A stretch of DNA of 63,949 nt, filler included, from Klebsormidium nitens (Eukaryota > Plantae > Klebsormidiophyceae): the NCBI GenBank assembly GCA_000708835.1. It is 6 parts of 6 records of this genome, joined end to end, with 100 filler letters (N's around TTAATTAATTAA, not from the genome) between each part and the next. Parts side by side here need not be neighbours in the genome. Positions count along the whole stretch, not along the records: positions 1 to 12,917 come from DF238080.1; positions 13,018 to 24,445 come from DF238181.1; positions 24,546 to 29,452 come from DF237240.1; 3 more parts are not named here. One strand, written 5' to 3'. The position numbers and the translations under genes were made by a program. Below, piece by piece: positions 11,359 to 24,699 of the stretch. Position 1 is the stretch's first letter, and each line of letters begins with the position of its first letter. A model generated the notes under the pieces. It ran no database searches and had not been told where the DNA came from. It was given only the letters and a program-made list of their open reading frames with translations.

Positions 11359-13235
11359 GGCGGTTAATTGGGTTCACCATCTGATGAACAGCATAAATTT
11401 TACGGCCCAGATTCCTCGCGCGTGCCAAGCGGCGTATCGACCGGCCTCGATAGCGGCCGGCACGTCTATCCGGAGGAAAGAACCGTCAATGTGCCGGTAA
11501 GTTGGACCATGTACCGTAGAGGAATCTCGGGCCGGGACCCCCTGCTGGATGTGGACCGCGGAAGTGGATCGGTTGGGTGCCGAGAGGTGTCGACTTAGGG
11601 CCCGGGGCGATCGACGAGGTTAACCATCCGCGACAAAACCCGTCGGACCGGCCCGTGCATCTGTGTCCGGAAACGAGTAGACTGGAAAAGGGCTCGGAAT
11701 GATCGAAGCGTTTATTTAAGGAGAAGTCGCCCTGCCGCTGTGATATAACCTCCACTAACCAGCAAGTAGCCCGGCCACCATCTAGAATCTTGAGGAGCTC
11801 GGAAAAGATGCAACAAACTCCAGGATCTAGTGTGGCCCGGGTGAACGATCCTAGCACCCCGACCTACGACTTGCACCCATCGAGTCAGAGTCAAGTCACA
11901 CGCGGCAACTTTATCGTAGATCTGCAAGCAATTCAGACCATTCCCGCCGACTCACTAGCCACAAAATGCCAGGCTCTGCAGTCAGACACTCCTGAAAAAG
12001 CATCAAGAGAGTTACCAGCTTGCATGTCGTAAAAACCACCCACTGAGGGGTTTCGCAATCAGCGCACCCGGTTCGTTAGCCAAAGGTCAGAGAAAGCGCA
12101 AGCCTATCTGCCCGGAGTGCGTGAAGCGATACTACGGGCCCGTTACCCAGTGTGCTAACAAACTCACAATCACCGTAGCAAGGAGAAGCCGGGAATCCGT
12201 GGGTGTAGCTGAGATCTGGTTCCAGCGCCAGACGCAAGAAGAAGCATGGAGCCAACTGAAGGAGCTTTCGGGGGAAGAGGTTGGCAATCTGGAAGAGAAG
12301 GCAGAAGAGGATCGACTTGCCTTCAGTGGGCACCGCAAGAGTACTGCGGCACAGGAAGCACTGAACAAGGGGCGGAAAGCGGGGGAAATACCAAGATCCA
12401 GTGCACAAGCGGTGGTAAGCCCCAACTATGAATCGTCAAACCCTAGAAATGCCTCTGCTCGTGCATCTGTGTGCTATCGAGTGCTTCTTTGCAAGCCTAC
12501 ATACGGTCCATACTACAGCAGTGAGGCATTCAGCAATCTGTCCAAGTGTCCAAGGATATCACCGGCTTCTTATCATCGGCCGCCGCTGGACGTCATCAAG
12601 AGTCTGAATGTCAACAGGATGTGAGTATGTGAACGTCCACCAGGTGTGAACAATATGGACCCAGTTTTCCATGCGGCTGACTGAATTGTTAGATAATGGG
12701 CTGATGAATCTAACTTGATTTTGGAGCATTTGGAGCATTTGGACAGGTGTTCATCTACCACACACCGAGCCAATAGTTGGTGTAGTATGTCTGACTGCAA
12801 TCCTAAAACATATGCAGGGGCAAACCGACACAGAGGCTGCAGAAATGTTCGGCGCCGGGAGTCAGCGGACCATCGTCGACCAAGCTATAATGTATCTCGA
12901 TGGCGTTCGGTTGGGCGNNNNNNNNNNNNNNNNNNNNNNNNNNNNNNNNNNNNNNNNNNNNTTAATTAATTAANNNNNNNNNNNNNNNNNNNNNNNNNNN
13001 NNNNNNNNNNNNNNNNNTTTTCACCCGCAGTGACCACTTTGAGTCATCAAAAAGGACATCAAATATTTGAACGGCGAACCATGCTTTTGTACCACAATTT
13101 GTATGCAACTTATGAACATTATACTTGAAATTCGGCATTTAGATTGCAGGTTTGAAGCCAACACATATGTATCACATGAATGCAGTGCTGCGCGCTGTTT
13201 TCTCAATTCAATACTGTACAAGACTGAATGTTATC

Positions 13236-16151
13236 TTACACTCCTAATTTCGCTCGTTTCACAGCAAACTCGTCCGAATTGTGCCAGTCGGAGTCACATC
13301 TACCCGGACACAACCACACGTTGCACTGCTCGCATTTCATGTTGACCTTTGTGCCACTCTTACCGCTGTTTGCGTAGCACACCCTACACCTATTCGACTT
13401 TCCCTTCATCTTTGTCAAGAAGTGGACTCGACTCGACCCCTCCGTTCCCGAACCCGATCGTGCCCCCCGTTTTGCCCTTGCCAAAGGGTTATTATCAAGG
13501 GTGTTTTCGACCAACTGCTGTTGCAACGCCACGTAGAAATCGTACCTCGAAACCTCTGGCTTCGTGGTACAGCACGTATGCGTTGTGCATGGCTCCGTCT
13601 AGCAGCCCGAGGATGACCCGGACCCACCACTTCCTAGACACGATCTCCATCTCAATACTGTAACCCAACCCTAGACACGACTTATCGAACTGATCTACTG
13701 CATCCTTATACTTGTTGTACTCAAAAGCAATCTCTGGGCACACAATCGGCTCACTCACTGAGCCCGCTCGCCGCGTCGTCTCTCCCATGCTCAGCCCGTG
13801 GCACGTCGACAGAAAGTGCACCGGCTGCCGATCCTGCCAAACGGCAGCCAACATCCCGTCCTCCCAGCAATAGGCAGCCTTCACTGCCCCCCGTTCAGCA
13901 TTCTTCTCTAAAGACAACACCTCTTTCTTAGGATACATCTTCCTACTCGGCTGACACGTACCAGTGGCCAAAAGTCCTACGGATTTCAACGACCTAAGAG
14001 GCAACGGACCTGTGAAACCTCTATCCAAAATGACCACGTGTCCTTTATCCTTGGGCACGTGCTGCCCTAACAACTTCACTACGTAATCATGCAGACCCTC
14101 TCCAGCAACCTTTAGCTTATCGTACACCCACTGAAAATAACAATAGAATGTTTCTGCATCTACGACTGTGAACACTTCTGCTCCAAACTTGTGGGGCTTC
14201 TTTGGATTATATATCCTGATTGCACAGGCCCTGTTTCTCAATGGAATCATTCTCTCGTCAAAAGTAACGTATTGTCCTGGGTTATAATAAGCTTTGAATG
14301 TTTCCTCTAAGGTTTTTAGCAACGGCAATAGATGAAACAGCCTGTGCGCCCTACTCTTCTTATCGGGAGGCCTCTGTGCATTATCATTAGTATGAAAGTA
14401 TCTCTTTATCTGCTCGAATCTATACAGTGGCATAAACCTCCCAAAATCTGGATACTTTATTGCCCCGTACACCCCAGTCTCCCAATACCTCGCAAGACTT
14501 GGCAAGGGATGCAGAGCCATAGCGAACGCAAGACCAAACCAGCGCAGGATCTCCTGGACAATCACCGGAGTCCACGGCCGACCCTGACCTTCAGGCAGCG
14601 CCGCCGCCGCCCTGCTGTCGGCGGCATACTTGTTGGTTTGGATCACCACGTCCTCCCACCAGTGCATGGGCACGAGCAGGAAGAAGACTTGCAGGGGTGT
14701 GAACCCGGGCTCACCCCCTTCACCCTGCGCTGGGGCCCTGCAAATGCACAGATCAAAGCTCAGCGTTCTGTGTGTATGTCGAAAGGTATGTCTTGTGTAT
14801 GATAACATGGCAGGGCTGCCATGTTGTCGAACCTAATATGCGCTGCAGAATACATCAGCTTTGATAGCATGGCAGCTCAAAAAGATATCTCGGATCTGTT
14901 GAAAAGACATCCTCGCTGAACCGCACATCAACCTCAGAAGCATGATATCATACTGAAGCCTATCTCCCGATCAGTTTGAAGCGTACAATCCTTGCAGCAA
15001 CCTAAAGCTTTCTGTGCATGCCAGCTTGAAAGAAACCTTTTGGTTTACTCAAATCAAAGTAAGACATTCTTGCAGCGCCCAACAACTTTGCCGCGCACGC
15101 AGCTTGAAGGGAACGAGCTGATTGACAGACTGTAACAGTGTCGCTGCAGCGCCCAACAAGTTGCCACGCATGGCAACTTCAAAGAAACCCTCTTGTTCAG
15201 TGAATGCTTTTCGTCGCTGTCGCACCCAAAGGGTTTGCCATCCATGGCCTGTTGCAAGAGAAACCCTTTGATCAATCAGGGTTACATTTAGGCAACATGC
15301 AAACAAGAGGATGCGAAAACATTGGTGAGCGCACCTGTGAACTCTGGGGGCTGCAGATCCTCAACATTGTCACCCTCGCGGACGGGTTCCCATTGCATCT
15401 CCCCGCTCGGCCCCGCCTCGCTCTCCTCTTGCTCCAAAGGGCCAACCCCCTCCTCTTCAAGCTCCGCATCACTGAAAACGTCCTCTTCCGACCCGCTTGA
15501 TTCACCCGCCATGAGCTCCTTAGAAACCTTCTTCCGGCCCTTCTTCTTCTCCTTCCGCTTGGCAAAGGTGACATTACGTGGCTGGCGGGGGCGCTGCCTT
15601 GCCTGGTCGTCAGCACCCTCCGCTTCCCCCCCTCCCTCCTCCTCCTCCTCCTCCGAACCCACACCCCCGTCCACCTCCTCAGAGTTTGGCTCAGGCTCTG
15701 AGTCAGTCTCCGAGCTAGACTTGTCGAAGTCCAGCTTGCTTGCGGGCCTTACCCGCAGCTGCCTGACTGGCCTTCCGCTTGCAGCTGCAGCAGGGGCCTT
15801 TCCAGCTGCCCTTGCGTTGCTGCCCCCTGCCTGGTCAGCAACTGGGCTCCTCAGATCTATAGATCCTGCGGGGCCTTCGCTGCCAGATGCACCCCCCCCT
15901 TCAAGCAGCCGAGGGGGTGCCCCAAACTGGAGCATTGTCTCCTTCGGAAACATGTAGATCTTGGGGTCTCCCTCAAAGCGGAGACCCCACTTCTCCGGAT
16001 TCTTGCCCCTGGCAGGCTTGTACTCCACCACAGTTCCTGGCAACTTCTTTGTGTCCCACTCGTCTCCATAGGTGGACTTTGCCCAGTCAGTGCCAAACTG
16101 TGTGGCACTGACTGACACCACCAAACCCATGCAAGCTTGTTGCGAGGCCAT
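13236..16151 (-). mobile_element. piggyBac-family DDD transposase gene, intron-containing and frameshifted
   Basis: Core 13495-14737 has VTFDERMI, VILDRGFT and YNKYKDAVDQFD (DDD triad). A C-terminal Cys-rich domain (CRVC...CEQC...LCPGRC...WH, 13236-13532) follows a frameshift near 13550. The acidic N-terminal exon 16151-15335 ends EFTG|GTGCGC. Termini are lost in gaps. Confidence 0.9.
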
Positions 16152-18150
16152 CAGGGACTGTTGGCAGTAGTTGGATATGAGCAGGGAGATGGGCTGCAAG
16201 CGTTTTGAGCAAGATAAAGACGAAAGATGTGAAGCGCTGTGAGCAAATGTCCTGTCAAACTTGGGTCAAACTGGTGTCTCAAGTTTGCTAGCAACTAGAG
16301 CGCGTTTTTTTCCGGTTTTGGGTCGGACTTGGACCTGTCGCACTACCTTCGGACATGTCCAGCCTGGCAACACTGGATAGGCATGCGCGAACGCATGACA
16401 CGTGGCAGAATACACGCCAGGCATTTGCTGTCAAGATTGTGTCCTCAATCGAGGACAAGGTCCTTAATCGAGGACAAATTACGGTGCTAGTNNNNNNNNN
16501 NNNNNNNNNNNNNNNNNNNNNNNNNNNNNNNNNNNNNNNNNNNNNNNNNNNNNNNNNNNNNNNNNNNNNNNNNNNNNNNNNNNNNNNNNNNNNNNNNNNN
16601 NNNNNNNNNNNNNNNNNNNNNNNNNNNNNNNNNNNNNNNNNNNNNNNNNNNNNNNNNNNNNNNNNNNNNNNNNNNNNNNNNNNNNNNNNNNNNNNNNNNN
16701 NNNNNNNNNNNNNNNNNNNNNNNNNNNNNNNNNNNNNNNNNNNNNNNNNNNNNNNNNNNNNNNNNNNNNNNNNNNNNNNNNNNNNNNNNNNNNNNNNNNN
16801 NNNNNNNNNNNNNNNNNNNNNNNNNNNNNNNNNNNNNNNNNNNNNNNNNNNNNNNNNNNNNNNNNNNNNNNNNNNNNNNNNNNNNNNNNNNNNNNNNNNN
16901 NNNNNNNNNNNNNNNNNNNNNNNNNNNNNNNNNNNNNNNNNNNNNNNNNNNNNNNNNNNNNNNNNNNNNNNNNNNNNNNNNNNNNNNNNNNNNNNNNNNN
17001 NNNNNNNNNNNNNNNNNNNNNNNNNNNNNNNNNNNNNNNNNNNNNNNNNNNNNNNNNNNNNNNNNNNNNNNNNNNNNNNNNNNNNNNNNNNNCCGGATCC
17101 GGCCATCCGACGGCGGATCTGGCTCGGGGTTTAATTCGCGGCCGCACTGCGCGTTAATGACATTAGTCCGCGCGACCCGCGCGCGTATAGCTACCGGGGG
17201 ATCCCCGCGAGGGCTCGGAAAGCTAGCGCCGTTACATCGTCCACCTGAGAGCAACTCGTCTTATTGAGTACTGAGTGTATCATATCCTGCGGCCACAGGG
17301 CCTCTCACCAGTGGAATGGGGGAGAGGTTGATTTTCCAAGCGTGGGTGTCGGTTGTGAAGCAAGAGAAATCTGCACGAGCTTTGAAGCGACGCACCGAAG
17401 AGGACGGAAGCTAAGGACAGCTGAAATGCAGTTGAAGGACATCGACAGTTCCGTGCGTGGTGAAGTATCACGGATTCCTCCGATTATCACGTCCGTCTCT
17501 TCTGAGCAATCTTGACGCTTTGCGTCTGATAAGACCATGAGCACAAAGTTTGACCGCATTTTCAATACTCGAGAGTCAAGGCAGTGCGCAACCAGATACT
17601 TTTGTTTCTCAACAATTGGCGTTAAGAAGTGCACTCACTTTTTCCGAATCTTTTAGCGCCCTCTCCAGCGCACAGCATATGTCCTTCACTAGCGCAGGGA
17701 CCGCCTCATGAGCAGAAGCGAACGGATCTTGGACATACCAGCACGTCAGATAAGGAACGGGACGAAAATAGCACGTCTTGCAAGGCACCAATGATCGACC
17801 GATCAGTCGCGGGGCCAGTGCATTAACGACAAAGCAACGAATCTGTCGACAGGAGGATCAATTGATCGAAGTACTTCTGCAAAAGAAGCACATGCGGCCT
17901 GGGCCAACCCGCGAAAGCAAGAAAACAGTCCCGAACATTTGAAGCGCCGCGCAGCGCAGACAGAAAACAAACGAGTCAATCATTTGAAAAGAACCCTGGT
18001 GCACAATCTGTCCCTTGAATGATCTGCACGACTCTCAAAGGTGCAGCAAAGAGCGCAATCCTCCCATCTTTTCGCCCTAGCGAAACAACGCCTTTAGTCG
18101 AATTCAAGCCGACCCACACATCTCACCATCGACGTTGAATCTTTCGCCTC

Positions 18151-19950
18151 TCACCCGACCTCGGAATCGCCAAGTGATACCACCCGGTCCCCGCCCACAG
18201 CCGCGGCCGCCCCTCCCCTCAGCGCGTTGTCCCTGACGTCACCTCCCGCCGCCTTCGAACCGCCTGGGCCCCGGGCCCTTTTGAGGGATCCCTCGAGTGG
18301 ACCTCCCCCCGGGGAAGGCTCGGCGATACCCCCCGAGCTTGGGCCTCGGATCTGAAGAGGCGCTGCCGCAGAAGCTCCCGGCCACTGCCGGCCGCGCTTC
18401 ATCCCGGCTCGGGGGGTCAGTTCCAGCTCCTCGAATGTTCCCCTAGAACCCACCGCCGGAACAAGCGGCGATTCGGTCGCTCTGCCCACTCCTCCAGCCC
18501 CTTGGATCCACTCCCTCAGAACGCTAATGGGGACGCGTGCGCAAGGCTCTGCACCCCCCCAGAGGGGCATCCCTAGGCGCCCCGGCGGCCCCCCCGGAAA
18601 GGTTACCGCCCCCCCCTCGCAGAACCCGCAGTTCGCACAGACGTGCGGCCGCTCGGATGCCCACTGACTCTCGGACAATCCCAGGTGTTCCGACGTCCCG
18701 TGGGTGTCGGCCGCTCGCACGTTGACGGACCGGGACGGTCCCCGCTGTTCGGACGGCCCCTGGTCTTCGGACGGCCCCCGGGCTGCGAACGTCCGTTGAC
18801 TTTCGGACGGGAGTGCGTCCGCGTACGCGCCCCAGAGGAACCCGCCCGGGAGCAGCTGCTTGGCGTAGGCGGCCCATAGAGAGCCCTCCTCCGGCTGCCA
18901 CGTGGCGTCTTCGCTGGCGACCACGATTTGCCCGCCGCCCTCTGCTGCTGGCTGCGAAGCGTTCGCTTGGTCACCTTGAGGCTCGTCTTCGTCGTGATCG
19001 GGCTCTGCCTCGGCGAGTTGCTTGCCGGCATCCTGCTCCGAGGCTCCTGCTCCGGCAACCACCGGTCGCCCTTCGCTGCTTTCTGCCCGTTGCAGACTCG
19101 CATCCCCTCCCCACACTGTCCCTGGCAAAAGCACCCCCTCCACGAGTCCTTCGTCCCCCGCGATCCCCTCTGCCGACCCCCCCTCGTTGGGGTCCGCTTC
19201 AGCCGCCCTTAGTTCCGTTTCCGTCCCCAGCTCTGGCTTTGCCGATCCATTCTCACCCGACTCCGTCTCCGTTCGCGCCTCAAAGAAAATTCCTTCGTCT
19301 TCGGGCTCTATTCCGGGCTCACGCTCCTCGCGACTCTACCCTGAGGCCGGCGCCCCGACTATCTCACGTACGCCCCGGCCCTCCTCCCGTACAGTCGACT
19401 CGCCCTCCCAAACCGCAGAGGACACTCCAGAAACGATCACGGAGCCCGGCCCGATCATGGCGGCCGGCGGAATTGGAGCGCCGTCCTCTGCGGCACTTCC
19501 CGTTACCCCTTCCGCAGTTTCAACCAGAGGACCGGGCCCGACTTCTTCAGTACCGAGCGGCTCCTCTGACCCGGGCGGCAGTTCCGGGGCCTTCTCAGCA
19601 GCGGCTGGTCCGTCCCCGCCTTCGCTACACCCATTAGTCGGCTCGCTTTCGGCGGGGCTTTTGTTAAGCTCTTCGCTGATGTTGGTTTCGTTCGCGCCTT
19701 CACCAGTGCCTAGTTCACTAGGCTGACCGTCTGCTCTCGCCTTCCCCGCCCCGTCACCCAGCGCAGCTCGGGGCTCTTCCCCGAGCCCTTCTGTTGCGGC
19801 ATCCGCCGCAACCGGGGGCGTTTCTCTGACTGACTCCGAGCTGGGAGCTAGTCGCGCTTTGTGAGCCGGCGGTTGGCTGGTGGAGTCCCGCCGGAAGCCC
19901 TCGCTGGAGTCGTCTAGGCGGGGAAGCCAGGGGGCAGGCTGAGGCTGGAC
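18151..19950 (-). pseudogene. Long low-complexity Gly/Ala/Glu/Ser-rich exon of an unknown gene, one in-frame TAG
   Basis: The frame of ORF 18151-19143 runs upstream to an acceptor near 19950 (TTCCCAG|GTC), with a single TAG near 19337. ORF 20529-21005 may be another exon. No domain was recognised. Confidence 0.35.
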
Positions 19951-22059
19951 CTGGGAAGGGAAATTGCAGTTAAGTACAAGGCAGTAGCAAAGTAAGAATC
20001 GAACAGGAGAGCGTCTCGACTATGCTGGGCGGATTTAGTGAATCTATATCAATAGGATTGAAAAGCTCGGTGGCCACCGGGCAAGAGGACTTTTCGGGTT
20101 TCCTTTGGCTTAAGTTGCACACTATATCTGCCATACATAAAGGGAAAGCCCGCAAGAGCGACAAGGATCAGACGAAGTTCTCTTGCGCTAACGCAGGCCG
20201 GAAGGAGGAGGGAAGCCCTTGAGGGGTCTGAGAGAATCGAAGAGGACAATTGTGGGAGCACGCCAGACAATGATTGGTCGAATTTCAATATTGTACAAGG
20301 TGGAATTGTGAGTTTTGTGTACGACTTGCGGCAGAGGCAGGAAATGACGACTTGCACCCCAGGAAAGAGACAAGACCAAGGACAAAAATGCGAAAACGAA
20401 ACATTACATTGAGACACTCGCTGAGTGATATTCTCCAGCCATAGCAGACTGAGAATCGAATCAGGTACACGACATCTTTTGGAAGCGAAAATCACTGCCC
20501 TCCGGATTCAAAGGGTTGAGCCGAAACCTCAGACGAACGACCTGACTTGCAGTAACAAGGGGATGCGGCCGCCACTTAGCAAGTCCAACTTTCGCGAATC
20601 CATGTGGGGCCTATCTTCAACTGCACTCACCAGGCCTGCAAAGGGGCTCGCCTGGTAGGTCACAATTGCCAATCCAGCCTCCCGCCCCGCGGCCCCCTCG
20701 TCTGCAGCGCCGACCCCCACTCTAGTTTCACCATTTACCGCTTCGCCTCTAGAACCTCCATCCCTTTCAGAGCTCTCTCTTTCCAGACCTTCACCGCCTG
20801 ACCCCCCCGCCTGATCCATTTCTGACACCATTTTCAGGACTGCGGACACGATCTCCTGTCCGTGCCCCGCAGGGGGTTGCTCGCGCTCGGCCCCCAACCC
20901 CCCCTCTGCGGCGTCTCCTGTCGCTGCACCCTCCCTCTCCGAACTGGCGCCTGTTGCGACCCCCCCGGAGCTGCGGGCCCTTGTCTTCCGCACGCCGGCA
21001 GACACGTCCCCGCGGCGCCGCTTGCGAGGCGCTCCGCTTGAATCCGCAGGACTTGTGATGNNNNNNNNNNNNNNNNNNNNNNNNNNNNNNNNNNNNNNNN
21101 NNNNNNNNNNNNNNNNNNNNNNNNNNNNNNNNNNNNNNNNNNNNNNNNNNNNNNNNNNNNNNNNNNNNNNNNNNNNNNNNNNNNNNNNNNNNNNNNNNNN
21201 NNNNNNNNNNNNNNNNNNNNNNNNNNNNNNNNNNNNNNNNNNNNNNNNNNNNNNNNNNNNNNNNNNNNNNNNNNNNNNNNNNNNNNNNNNNNNNNNNNNN
21301 NNNNNNNNNNNNNNNNNNNNNNNNNNNNNNNNNNNNNNNNNNNNNNNNNNNNNNNNNNNNNNNNNNNNNNNNNNNNNNNNNNNNNNNNNNNNNNNNNNNN
21401 NNNNNNNNNNNNNNNNNNNNNNNNNNNNNNNNNNNNNNNNNNNNNNNNNNNNNNNNNNNNNNNNNNNNNNNNNNNNNNNNNNNNNNNNNNNNNNNNNNNN
21501 NNNNNNNNNNNNNNNNNNNNNNNNNNNNNNNNNNNNNNNNNNNNNNNNNNNNNNNNNNNNNNNNNNNNNNNNNNNNNNNNNNNNNNNNNNNNNNNNNNNN
21601 NNNNNNNNNNNNNNNNNNNNNNNNNNNNNNNNNNNNNNNNNNNNNNNNNNNNNNNNNNNNNNNNNNNNNNNNNNNNNNNNNNNNNNNNNNNNNNNNNNNN
21701 NNNNNNNNNNNNNNNNNNNNNNNNNNNNNNNNNNNNNNNNNNNNNNNNNNNNNNNNNNNNNNNNNNNNNNNNNNNNNNNNNNNNNNNNNNNNNNNNNNNN
21801 NNNNNNNNNNNNNNNNNNNNNNNNNNNNNNNNNNNNNNNNNNNNNNNNNNNNNNNNNNNNNNNNNNNNNNNNNNNNNNNNNNNNNNNNNNNNNNNNNNNN
21901 NNNNNNNNNNNNNNNNNNNNNNNNNNNNNNNNNNNNNNNNNNNNNNNNNNNNNNNNNNNNNNNNNNNNNNNNNNNNNNNNNNNNNNNNNNNNNNNNNNNN
22001 NNNNNNNNNNNNNNNNNNNNNNNCTCTCTCACGTCGAGTCGATTCTGTTCAGCGCCGCT

Positions 22060-24256
22060 TCATGTGACTTGTTCCACCGGGCTGCTGTTCTTGTGGATGC
22101 CCGTGTCCGTTTCTTCCGTGTCCGTTTCTCCTTCCCCGTCAGATTGTCCCCCGCCCTGTGCCCCGTTTTCTTCCCTTCCGTATTGTTCTGCTCTCGCTTC
22201 CTCCTCGCCCCGCTCCATCCCCTCGCTCTCTTGTGCCTCTTCGCTCTCGTTCTCCTCTTCACTCTCTTCTTCTCCCTCGCTCTCTTCTTCCTCATCGCCC
22301 TCTTCTTCGCTCTCGCTCTCGTCGTCGCTTTCGAGCAGCTTCCAATGCTCCTTCGCAAGGGTGAGGAATTCTCTCGCGCCATCGTCGTACAGGACCTGTG
22401 AGCAATGGTCAAAACGGGCTGATCTTGCGGTGCATTTGTCGGCGGGAACTTAAATGACGGCTATGTTTCGCAAGATAAGGTTGGCAAGAAGCGGGCCAAT
22501 GGGTTGTTGACAATGAGTCTATTCAATAAAAAAGGGCATGGTGCCCTGTGATGACAGTGCATGTGCTGAAGAGAGACCTCGCTTGGCGTAAAAGTTCGCA
22601 TGATGAGGCTACAAACAAAGGGATCGCATACAGAAAGCCGACGGAGGACTGGGAAAAGGCGGAAAAACGGGTGGGTCTAGCACGCGTTGCCCAGGCCAGA
22701 CAAAGCCCCACAAATTTCTGTATGATTTCTGTGGGAACTGAAACTAAGGACCGAGACACGTGGGTCAGACTTAGATGATGGCAGCCAACGAAGCGCAGGC
22801 TAGCTCAAGCGAATTAACTTCGTAAAAACGAAGCTTAGGAAAACGAAGCTCAGTAAGGATAAAGCTTAGCAAAACCTAGACTGAAACTCTGATGTCTACT
22901 TTCATAATGGGTCATCCGTCAAGCCCCTGACCCAAATACCCCCTCATACCTCGTGGCTCGAATTCCATTTCGTGTAGCGAATGACCCGCCCCTTGTTGTA
23001 CCTGCAAGCGTGCAGAACCTTCGGTCAGGTGCATGGTCAAGATGAAGATCAACCCATCGGGCGAGGAAGAGCGGATTGACCAGTCAAATGAAGATGCAGC
23101 ACAGGGTCAAGAAGGACAGAACTTCGTGAAGGTCAAGAAGAGATGCCGGAAGACTGCAAAGCGATCCAATGTCTATTGCCACCTCAAGAAAGGTACATCG
23201 CCGTTCTGAGTTTCGGAAATCATCCTCCTGCCCACTTCATAATCCATCGACCTTGAAGAGAAAGAAGACTTGCAAACCTCAACCCAATCCAGAATCTGAT
23301 GATGGAGACAGGCCGAACGCACAGAAGCTTGCCTTTCGTCAGACTGCCCACCAAGCCTCAGCATTTCAAGAGCACCTCTGATTTCAGAATACAGCGGATT
23401 GAACAAAGCTTCGTAGAGAATTTTCATACTGGGCAGAGAGAATGGGAGAGGAAACAATGGCTCACACTCCGTCAATCGGCCACCAGATGCCCACCCGCCG
23501 GCTGACCAGCTCGCTGTCCAGCGAAACACCCCCAACAGCAGCCATATCCATGTTCACTGTCTTCTGTGGCGATGGGACAGCCCTTTTGCTCCCCTTGGTC
23601 GCTGGCCTGGCGTGGGCAAGAGCCCCGTCCTTCTTCCCCTTGAGATACTTGCGGTAGCACGTGCTGCATGTGGTCTTTGGTCCTTTCGGCCCGCCATACC
23701 ACATGCACGTATCCCGCGTACCGCACACGTGGCAAGGGCCCCCTCCCTGCAGATCGTGGCACTTGCGGCACTGCGTCTTGGGCCCCCCAGGGCCCCGGTG
23801 CCAGCTGCTCGACTCTGTTGCTCCACAGTCAATGCACAGCCCGGGCTCTCGTGTAGCCAAGCTGTGCCCCGCGCCCTTCTTTTTTGGGGAGGTCTCCAAG
23901 GAATTTGGAGAAGCCCCCTTCTGTTTCTGCTTCTCACCCCTGGAGTCCATGGCGGTTTTTGCCAAGTCTGCGACCTTCTTTCCATCATTCTCCGGTGCTG
24001 AGTCACCCTCCTTCTCGTTCCCCTTCGCTGTGTGCGTCTTCCCGGTGAGCACATGCCCTTGTCTCCTCCTGATATTGTACTCCCGAGCGTAACAGGGATC
24101 GCACTTGCGCACCTCCGCCGACACTCCGTACCACCTCCCGGAGCCCGTCGCCCCACACAGGTGACACCGCTTTCCATTTTTGCCAGTGGCCCCCTCCGCG
24201 GCCTTCCCTCCATCCTTATCCTTCTGACGCGCCGCTGCTGCGGGACTACAAAGCAC
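22060..24256 (-). CDS. Protein with three GATA-type Zn fingers, a Tudor domain and an acidic tail (exons ~24246-23466, 23001-22950, 22395-22060)
   Basis: Fingers are CX2CX17CX2C and two CX2CX18CX2C with GPxGPKT (plant GATA-like). The spliced Tudor domain reads LVSRRVGIWWPIDGV-YNKGRVIRYTKWNSSHE-VLYDDGAREFLTLAKEHW, with canonical in-phase GT-AG junctions. The start exon is unresolved. Confidence 0.8.
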
Positions 24257-24699
24257 AGCCGTTGATTGTGCACGTAGAGTTCGATTCCGTGACGTTCCGT
24301 TACTGAAGGAACTAATAGCGGAAGGTAGAACGGAAACTCACCTTAGTTGGTGCGAGCACGTTTCGTGCGGTCACGCATTTCTTTTCGCCGTGCTAACCCT
24401 GCCACGGTTCGCTCATGAAGAGATTGCCAGTACTCGTCTAAGAGANNNNNNNNNNNNNNNNNNNNNNNNNNNNNNNNNNNNNNNNNNNNTTAATTAATTA
24501 ANNNNNNNNNNNNNNNNNNNNNNNNNNNNNNNNNNNNNNNNNNNNACCTGATGGATCAAAGATACGATTCTGACGAATTTGCAACCCACTCAACGTGCTC
24601 CTCAATCTGGCAGACGTTTTAAGATACTTCAATGCTCGTGAACGCATTCAAGAGCTCTGCGCTCGTGCTCATTAAGACACCTCAATACTTGTGAAGGCA

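Noticed and set aside
12025-12830. Possible solo LTR (TGTCG...CGACA)
   Set aside because: No target-site duplication (TTGCA versus CAGAG), no canonical PBS or PPT, and no second copy.
12962-12973. TTAATTAATTAA inside N-runs (also 24490-24501, 29497-29508, 59416-59427, 62156-62167), resembling piggyBac TTAA sites or a dispersed motif
   Set aside because: It is identical each time and always centred in N padding, with stops in all six frames. This is an assembly spacer, not biological sequence.
15322-15957. Ser-rich plus-strand ORFs (also 19022-19726, 22064-22453, 57082-57621 in alternative frames)
   Set aside because: They are antisense or off-frame shadows of GC-rich low-complexity coding exons or of the 21-bp repeat.
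16288-22401. Long ORF-track entries made largely of X (16288-17254, 20791-22401)
   Set aside because: They are artefacts of translating through N gaps.
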